Below, in pieces: positions 18,286 through 24,000 of a stretch of DNA of 24,000 nt. Below the pieces are notes generated by a model. That model saw only the letters and a list, made by a program, of their open reading frames with translations. It was not told the origin of the DNA and ran no database searches. Source of the DNA: an uncultured Porticoccaceae bacterium (lineage in GTDB: Bacteria > Pseudomonadota > Gammaproteobacteria > Pseudomonadales > Porticoccaceae); the NCBI GenBank assembly GCA_964637045.1, contig CAZWUP010000001.1, positions 1-24,000 of the forward strand. Direction: 5' to 3'. The position numbers and the translations under genes are program-made. Positions within the stretch are counted from its first letter, which is position 1, and each line of letters starts with the position of its first letter.

Positions 18286-20820
18286 TCAATTTTCCGGGGG
18301 TTGATAGCCGTAAATGCCTTCACGGAGAATGTTGTCGACGCGCTTGCCGGTACCGGCCAGGCCGCGGAACTGAATCTGGAAGAAGACACCGTTGTTATGG
18401 GTCAGATCCTCGTCGCCGATAATATAGTTGTCGTCCCTGTCGATCCAGCGCCGGGCGACGATGCTGGCACGCCAGCAACAACTGGCATATTCGAGTCCCG
18501 CAAAGACCTCGAGTTCCTGGTTGGTGCGCAAATCCTGGTTGTAGCGACCGAGGATGGTCCAGCTGGCGCTTATCGGGATCGCCAGGGAAAAGTCCGCCTG
18601 GTCGATATCGGCGCGCACAAACTGGTTGCCCAGCAGGACATTTTCCCGCCTGGTATAGCGGTAGCTGAAGTTGAAAACCGTGTCATTTTGATTGTTGTAG
18701 CGCAGGCTCAGGTTGCCCTTGTTGATTCTGTCCCCATCCTCGTTGGTGAGCAGATCCGCCTGATAGCGCCAGTTGTCGGCGAAGACCCCGCCAAGTTCCG
18801 CGGCGATATCCGAGGAGTCGCGGCTCAGCTCCGAGGTGTCCTGGGGCACCAGGGTCACCCGCCGGTCGGCCATGTAGTACACCTGGCCGATACTGAAGCG
18901 GATCAGTTCCTCGCCGGTGCCGGCATTGATCCGCCTGGAGGTGATACCCAGGGTGACCTGCTCGGTATCACCGATGCGGTCGCCGCCGGAGAAGCGGTCG
19001 TCGCGGAACAGCTGATGGTAGCCAAAGGTGAGATCCGAGGTGTCGAAGTTTGGAAATGCCGACTGGTCCTTGTGGCTGGCGTTGAGGTAGTAGAGCCTGG
19101 GCTCCAGGGTCTGGATATGGCCGGTGGCCCGGGTGTGGTCGCGCTCGAAGTAGAGCCCGGTATCCAGGGAGGTGACCGGCACCAGGATGTCGGGTCGCTG
19201 CGCACTCTGGTTGAGCAGGGGGTTGTCCAGGTCGTAGGCCACGTACTTGGCGGTGAGGGCGGGCTTGAAAAAGCCCCACAGCCACTCCTTGTCCCAGGTC
19301 AGGGAGTAGTCTGCCCGCAACCTGGCGCCGGTGACCGTGGTATTTTTGCTGTCCGTCGTCAGCGGGGTGCCGGAGCCAAAGACATCGTCCTGGCTGTGGT
19401 CAAAGTTGACGTAGTTTTGCTTGAGGGTCAGGACGATGTCGGAATCCCTCAGGCGATAGTGGCCGTTGGCGTCCACTCTGGGGACCTGCTGGTACTGTTC
19501 CAGACCGTTGACGATCAGGGTTTCAAACTCCTGGGCCTGGACCGCCAGGTCCCAGTTGTCGGTCAGATAGCCGAGCTTCAGCTGCTGGTTGAGGTGGCTG
19601 GTGCTGCTCACCGCCAGGGTGGCGCTGTCGATGTCGCGAAAATAATCGATATCACTGACATCGCTGTAATCCACCAGGGTGCTCCAGCGGGCGCCCCAGC
19701 CCCCTTGGTGCTGAAGGCTGGCAGTCCAGCGGCTGTCGCCCTCGTGGAGCGAGGGGCTGCCGGAGCCGCCCTTGTCATCCGGGAGATAGCCGCCGGTGAG
19801 GGCGGTGGCGGCCCGGGTGGACAGGTGGCGCAGCTCCACCTCCGCCATGGCGCCCCGCTCCTGAATATACCTGGGGGTGAGGGTGGCGTCGTAGTTGGGG
19901 GCCAGGTTGAGGTAGATGGGTTGGGCGTAGTCCAGGCCGTTGTCATTGCCGGTGAAAATGGTGGGAAACAGCAGGCCGGTGGCGCGGTTGTCCGATACCG
20001 GAAAGCGGATCCAGGGCAGGTAGACAACCGGCACATCGCGGACGTTGAGACGCATATTGCGGGCCGTCGCCATCATGCTCGCGGTGTCGATATCCACCGA
20101 GGAGGCCCGCAGCTGCCAGCTGTTGCTCCCCGGCTCGCAGGTGGTGTAGGTCACATCGTCGATATAGATGCGGTTTTCCTCGGGTCGGCTCAGGCGGCCG
20201 GCTTCGCCTCGCACACCGGAGTCGTGCAACACGAAAACCACGTCCTGCACAGCCACCTGCCCGGATTCCAGATTGACGTTGGCAGTGTCCCCGGTGAACA
20301 GCACCCCGGGCTCGCGAAAGGTGACATTGCCCTCCAGCTTGACTGTGCGCTGGTCCTGGTCGAGCTCTGCGCGGTCGCTGCGAACCTGGCGGTAACCCTG
20401 GGACACCTGGACATCTCCCTCCAGGGTGGCGGTTCTGCCCTGGGCTTCGGTGCTGTCGGCGCTGACTCGCAGGGCAGAGCCTTCGGGAGAGCGGGCGCTG
20501 TCGGGGTAATCCCGAGGGGGGTCCAGATAGGCGCCACAGCAGTTGGGACGCACCCGCGATCTCTGGTCTTCCCTCAGCTGGTCGATCGTCACCCAGTCGA
20601 GGTTGGTGGAGGGCGCCACCCGCGGGTCGTTGTCGGCGGCAGATCCGGCGGCCGGTGGTGACGAATCACTTTGGCAGTCCTGGTAGTCGGCGGCACCGGG
20701 GTCACAGCTCGCGGGGGGCTCAGCCGCGCCGCTGTGGGCGGCGAGTCCGGCGGACAAGGCCAGTGAATACTTCAAGGCGGTAAAGAGCGGCTTGCGCCTG
20801 CCGAGCCAGAGGGAACCCAT
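18286..20820 (-). CDS. lptD: LPS-assembly outer membrane protein LptD
   Basis: About 844 aa from the ATG at 20820, which begins the signal peptide MGSLWLGRRKPLFTALKYSLALSAGLAAHSGA. It has an OstA/LptD N-domain, a large beta-barrel, and the conserved C-terminal EYASCCW cysteine pair. The track ORF starts at an upstream TTG (20907) that would overlap the divergent gene's leader. Confidence 0.92.
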   Translation of the reverse strand: MGSLWLGRRKPLFTALKYSLALSAGLAAHSGAAEPPASCDPGAADYQDCQSDSSPPAAGSAADNDPRVAPSTNLDWVTIDQLREDQRSRVRPNCCGAYLDPPRDYPDSARSPEGSALRVSADSTEAQGRTATLEGDVQVSQGYRQVRSDRAELDQDQRTVKLEGNVTFREPGVLFTGDTANVNLESGQVAVQDVVFVLHDSGVRGEAGRLSRPEENRIYIDDVTYTTCEPGSNSWQLRASSVDIDTASMMATARNMRLNVRDVPVVYLPWIRFPVSDNRATGLLFPTIFTGNDNGLDYAQPIYLNLAPNYDATLTPRYIQERGAMAEVELRHLSTRAATALTGGYLPDDKGGSGSPSLHEGDSRWTASLQHQGGWGARWSTLVDYSDVSDIDYFRDIDSATLAVSSTSHLNQQLKLGYLTDNWDLAVQAQEFETLIVNGLEQYQQVPRVDANGHYRLRDSDIVLTLKQNYVNFDHSQDDVFGSGTPLTTDSKNTTVTGARLRADYSLTWDKEWLWGFFKPALTAKYVAYDLDNPLLNQSAQRPDILVPVTSLDTGLYFERDHTRATGHIQTLEPRLYYLNASHKDQSAFPNFDTSDLTFGYHQLFRDDRFSGGDRIGDTEQVTLGITSRRINAGTGEELIRFSIGQVYYMADRRVTLVPQDTSELSRDSSDIAAELGGVFADNWRYQADLLTNEDGDRINKGNLSLRYNNQNDTVFNFSYRYTRRENVLLGNQFVRADIDQADFSLAIPISASWTILGRYNQDLRTNQELEVFAGLEYASCCWRASIVARRWIDRDDNYIIGDEDLTHNNGVFFQIQFRGLAGTGKRVDNILREGIYGYQPPEN

Positions 20821-20956
20821 TGCTAATTTTGTCCGTGTCGATCGCTGTGATTTTGCAACGGGGGATTCTACCCCAAAGTTGGCCCAAGGAGGGGAGTCGC
20901 TGGTCAAGCCGATGCCCAGTTGCGCTAGAATGCGGTTTTTCTCCCTCGGGTCGAGT

Positions 20957-21991
20957 ATGGAAAAGAAGGCGGCGCTGGCAGCATGGGTTGCCGATTATCT
21001 CCCCCCGGGGTTCGCCCTCGGGCAACCTGTGGAACTGGCGGCAGTCACCGGCGATGCGGGTTTCCGGCAGTATTTTCGGGTCAATTCCCACCCGACGCTG
21101 ATTGCCGTATACGCCCCCCCCAGCCACGAGGACGTGCCGGCCTTTGTCGCCAAGGACCTGGCCATGAAGGCCGCCGGGGTGGGGGTGCCGGAGGTCTATG
21201 CCGTGGACTATGGCCAGGGCTTTATACTGCAGCAGGATCTGGGGCACCAACTGCTGCTGCCCCTGTTGACGGCGGACTCCGCTCCCCGGTTGTATCGGGT
21301 GGCGGAGCGGGAGCTGGAGAAAATTCAGCAGGTGGCGCCGGACCCGGCGGTCTTCCCACCCTATGATCGCGCGACCCTGAACCGTGAAATGGCGCTGTTT
21401 CCCGAGTGGTTCGTCACCAGGCTGTTGGGGGTGACCCTGGCTGCGGCGGATACCGCGCTCCTCGCCCGGCTTTTTACCCTGCTGGAGGATGCGGCACTGG
21501 CGCAGCCCAGGGTGGTGGTGCACCGGGACTACCACTCCCGCAACCTGCTGGTGGGGGCCGACGGCAGCCTCGGGGTGATCGACTTCCAGGACGCCCTGGT
21601 GGGGCCGTTCAGCTACGATCTGGTATCTCTGCTGAAGGACTGTTATATTCGCTGGCCGGCAGCACTGGTCCGGGAGCGGGCGCTGGCATTTCTTGAACAG
21701 CGCGCCAGGGCTCTCGGGCTGCACGGCCTGGAAGGCGGCGAACTGCTGCGGTGGTTCGACCTTATGGGCCTTCAGCGTCACCTGAAGGTGCTGGGTATTT
21801 TTGCCCGACTCTGGTTGCGGGATGGCAAGCCGGGGTACCTCTCCGACTTGCCCCTGGTGTTGCGCTACACCCTGGAGGTGGCGCAGGATTACCCCGAACT
21901 GGAGTTCTTCACCCACTGGTTTACTGAGCGTCTGCACCCCTGTCTGCCAGGGCAACCCTGGTACCGGAGCTGGCAGTCCGCTGGAGCATAA
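20957..21991 (+). CDS. amgK: Anomeric MurNAc/GlcNAc kinase (APH-fold phosphotransferase)
   Basis: About 344 aa from MEKKAALAAWVADYL. It carries the kinase catalytic loop VVHRDYHSRNLLV and the metal-binding IDFQDA. It is divergent from lptD and 4 nt upstream of a MurU-like gene, the arrangement known for amgK-murU in Pseudomonas. The start is uncertain, with alternative ATGs at 20912 and 20930. Confidence 0.8.
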   Translation: MEKKAALAAWVADYLPPGFALGQPVELAAVTGDAGFRQYFRVNSHPTLIAVYAPPSHEDVPAFVAKDLAMKAAGVGVPEVYAVDYGQGFILQQDLGHQLLLPLLTADSAPRLYRVAERELEKIQQVAPDPAVFPPYDRATLNREMALFPEWFVTRLLGVTLAAADTALLARLFTLLEDAALAQPRVVVHRDYHSRNLLVGADGSLGVIDFQDALVGPFSYDLVSLLKDCYIRWPAALVRERALAFLEQRARALGLHGLEGGELLRWFDLMGLQRHLKVLGIFARLWLRDGKPGYLSDLPLVLRYTLEVAQDYPELEFFTHWFTERLHPCLPGQPWYRSWQSAGA

Positions 21992-21995
21992 CCCT

Positions 21996-22727
21996 ATGAA
22001 AGCAATGATTCTGGCGGCCGGTTTTGGCGAGCGCCTGCGACCACTGACCGAAAAGACCCCCAAGCCCCTGCTGTTGGTGGGTGGCAAGCCCATCATTCAG
22101 TACCACATCGAGAACCTGGCGGCGGCCGGGGTCCGGGAGATCGCCATCAACACCTCCTGGTTGGGGGAGATGATCGAGTCCTACCTGGGGGATGGCTCCA
22201 GGTTCGGCGTCGAAATCCACTGGTCCCGGGAGCACGAGCCCCTGGAAACCGGGGGCGGCATTCGCCGGGCCCTGCCCTTTCTGGGTTCGCAGCCCTTTCT
22301 GGTGGTCAATGGCGATGTCTGGACCGATTACCCCCTCGACAGCCTGGTGGATCGGGACTGGCCGGAGGACACCGATGCCCACCTGGTACTGGTGCCCAAT
22401 CCCCCGTTCAAGGCGGTGGGCGACTTCAGTCTCGACGCCGAACAGCGGGTGCGCTATCCCCTGGAGGGGGAGCGCAGCTATACCTTCAGCGGCATCAGCA
22501 TGATGCGGCCGGAGATCTTCGCCCTCTATCCCTCGGCCTCCGAAAAGTTCCCCATCCGCAATGTGCTGGAGAGCAGTATCCGCGCCCTGTCCATCACCGG
22601 CGAGGTCTATCAGGGGCAGTGGTGGGATGTGGGTACCGTGGAGCGCCTGGATATGCTCAATACCCTGCTCTCCGGCAAATTGGTGGACGTGTCCAAAAAG
22701 CCCAGGCTCAGGCCACAAATCGCCTGA
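21996..22727 (+). CDS. murU: MurNAc-alpha-1-phosphate uridylyltransferase (nucleotidyltransferase family)
   Basis: 243 aa from MKAMILAAGFGERLRPLTEKTPKPLL, the sugar-nucleotidyltransferase G-loop. It is immediately downstream of amgK. The track ORF from 21801 overlaps the amgK 3' end, so I trimmed it. Confidence 0.82.
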   Translation: MKAMILAAGFGERLRPLTEKTPKPLLLVGGKPIIQYHIENLAAAGVREIAINTSWLGEMIESYLGDGSRFGVEIHWSREHEPLETGGGIRRALPFLGSQPFLVVNGDVWTDYPLDSLVDRDWPEDTDAHLVLVPNPPFKAVGDFSLDAEQRVRYPLEGERSYTFSGISMMRPEIFALYPSASEKFPIRNVLESSIRALSITGEVYQGQWWDVGTVERLDMLNTLLSGKLVDVSKKPRLRPQIA

Positions 22728-22752
22728 TAATTATTGCCATCTTCTCTACAAT
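22724..22752 (+). promoter_or_regulatory. Weak candidate promoter for the aminotransferase gene
   Basis: CTGATA (22724-22729), a 17-nt spacer, then TACAAT (22747-22752) in the murU-aspC gap. The -35 matches only 4/6. Confidence 0.3.
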
Positions 22753-22823
22753 GACACCCCTGTAAACTCATTCCCCGGATCCCCTCTGGACCCCGGGTTA
22801 TCCGCGACTTTTTGTGAGGGCTT

Positions 22824-24000
22824 ATGTTCACTTCCCTGGAAACTCTGCCACCCGATCCCATTCTCGGCCTGACTGCGCTGTACAAGGCAGACCCCCGCAC
22901 CACCAAGATCGACCTGGGGGTCGGCGTCTACAAGGATGAGGCGGGCAACACCACGGTAATGAGGGCGGTCAAGGCCGCGGAACAGCAGTTTTTTGCCCTT
23001 GAGGACAGCAAGAGTTACATCGCCCAGGTGGGTGTGGAATCCTTCAACGCCGGCATTGTGGAATTGATCCTCGGCGCCGGTCACTCGGCCCTCAAGGACA
23101 GCAGAACCCGGGCGGTGATGACCCCGGGGGGCACCGGCGCACTGCGTCTCGGTGGCGAACTGATCGCCCGCATGAATCCCGACGCCACCGTGTGGGTGGG
23201 GGACCCCACCTGGGCCAACCATATTCCCGTACTCAAGGGCGCCGGGCTCAGGCTGGCCACCTATCCCTACTACGAGAAGCAGAATGCGGCGGTGCTGTTC
23301 GACGCCATGATGGCGGCCCTGGAGCAGGCGGCGGCCGGTGACGCGGTACTCCTCCACGGGTGCTGCCACAACCCCTGTGGCGCCGACCTCAGCCGCGACC
23401 AGTGGCAGGCCATCGCCGAGCTGGTGGTGCGCAAGGGCCTGCTGCCCTTTGTCGACCTGGCCTACCAGGGCTTCGGCACTGGCCTGGAAGACGACGCCTA
23501 CGGCGTCCGCCTGCTGGCGGACCAGGTGCCCGAGCTGCTGGTGGCCAGTTCCTGCTCGAAAAACTTCGGCCTCTACCGGGAGCGCACCGGTGCCCTGCTA
23601 ACCATTGCCCAGGGCGAGGACAAGGCCGTTGCCGCCCAGTCCCATGTCGCCCATATCGCCCGCGCCATTTACTCCATGCCCCCGGCCCACGGCGGCTTTC
23701 TGGCGGGGATGATTTTCAGCGACGCCTCACTGCGCAGCCAGTGGGAGGACGAGCTCACCGCCATGCGCAATCGGATGAACGATCTGCGCTCCCTGTTTGT
23801 GCGCAAGATGACGGAAAAGGGTTCGCCAGTGGACTTTTCCTTTATCGAGAAGCAGTTCGGGATGTTCTCCTTCCTCGGCATCAATGGCGATCAAATCAAG
23901 CGCCTGCGGGATGACTACGCCATCTATATCGTCGGCTCCAGCCGCATCAATGTGGCGGGAATCAGCGAGTCCGGTATCGACTATCTGACGGATGCCCTGG
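22824..24000 (+). CDS. aspC: Aspartate/aromatic-amino-acid aminotransferase, class I, 3'-truncated by the window edge
   Basis: Absent from the ORF track because no stop falls inside the window. Manual translation from the ATG at 22824 (in-frame TGA at 22815) gives MFTSLETLPPDPILGLTALYKADPRTTKIDLGVGVYKDEAGNT...SCSKNFGLYRERTGAL...SRINVAG..., open for 392 codons to the edge. The PLP-lysine motif SKNFGLY resembles AspC more than TyrB, but I cannot settle the aspC versus tyrB assignment from sequence alone. Confidence 0.85.
   Translation, partial: MFTSLETLPPDPILGLTALYKADPRTTKIDLGVGVYKDEAGNTTVMRAVKAAEQQFFALEDSKSYIAQVGVESFNAGIVELILGAGHSALKDSRTRAVMTPGGTGALRLGGELIARMNPDATVWVGDPTWANHIPVLKGAGLRLATYPYYEKQNAAVLFDAMMAALEQAAAGDAVLLHGCCHNPCGADLSRDQWQAIAELVVRKGLLPFVDLAYQGFGTGLEDDAYGVRLLADQVPELLVASSCSKNFGLYRERTGALLTIAQGEDKAVAAQSHVAHIARAIYSMPPAHGGFLAGMIFSDASLRSQWEDELTAMRNRMNDLRSLFVRKMTEKGSPVDFSFIEKQFGMFSFLGINGDQIKRLRDDYAIYIVGSSRINVAGISESGIDYLTDAL

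Noticed and set aside
17395-20661. 1088-aa ORF on the + strand, the largest in the window and a tempting giant novel protein.
   Set aside because: It lies entirely antisense to surA and lptD, which have clear family signatures, and in exact codon register with them. It stays open only because those genes avoid TTA, CTA and TCA codons. Its composition is Gly/Ala/Val/Asp-rich with no recognisable domain logic and no plausible RBS or promoter context.
20821-20956. Divergent promoters in the lptD-amgK intergenic region: TAGAAT on the + strand at 20926-20931, and TAGAAT on the - strand (attcta at 20865-20870).
   Set aside because: Both -10-like hexamers lack an acceptable -35 at 16-18 nt spacing. 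The best is TGGTCA with a 19-nt spacer. I did not call these as features, although promoters must exist somewhere in this 136-nt region.
22771-22815. A possible terminator after murU: cccgg (22774-22778) with ccggg (22793-22797), or cggat with atccg, followed by cgacttttt.
   Set aside because: The stems are only 5 bp with 14-19 nt loops, and the T5 run is separated from the stem. It partly reflects self-palindromic GGATCC and CCCGGG sites. This is not convincing as an intrinsic terminator.
1-24000. A whole-window search for CRISPR repeats, IS or transposon ends, integrase or toxin-like small ORFs, tRNA or rRNA genes, and abrupt composition shifts that would mark an island or a novel system.
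   Set aside because: None was found. Every intergenic gap over 60 nt (72-293, 606-699, 10941-11048, 13511-13587, 20821-20956, 22728-22823) is explained by promoters, leaders or terminators of the flanking core genes. Gene order is fully syntenic with known gammaproteobacterial core loci.

Overview
This window is core housekeeping DNA from a GC-rich gammaproteobacterium. I found no convincing novel or accessory system. Gene order from lptD to murU resembles Pseudomonas, and I do not attempt a finer taxon call. Content from left to right: (1) The last 22 codons of tuf with an intrinsic terminator. (2) A near-consensus sigma70 promoter, then the contiguous S10-spc-alpha ribosomal protein cluster at 294-13983 on the + strand. 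It holds 26 r-protein genes plus secY and rpoA, including the 38-aa rpmJ that the ORF track misses. (3) A perfect 19-bp-arm palindromic bidirectional terminator. (4) The convergent, tightly packed lptD-surA-pdxA-rsmA-apaG-apaH string on the - strand (14026-20820). (5) A divergent amgK-murU pair for cell-wall sugar recycling (20957-22727). (6) A nearly complete AspC-type aminotransferase that runs off the right edge. I saw no tRNA or rRNA genes, CRISPR arrays, mobile elements, repeat families or defence genes. The many long extra ORFs in the track, including a 1088-aa one, are antisense shadow ORFs in exact codon register with the real genes. Several longest-ORF starts (rpsC, rpsD, rpmC, rpmD, rplO, pdxA, lptD, amgK, murU) were trimmed to internal starts that match conserved N-termini. 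The findings are modest. They cover regulatory RNA and promoter architecture in the r-protein operons, the shared terminator, an unusual cysteine-rich LptD N-terminus, and the amgK-murU pair.
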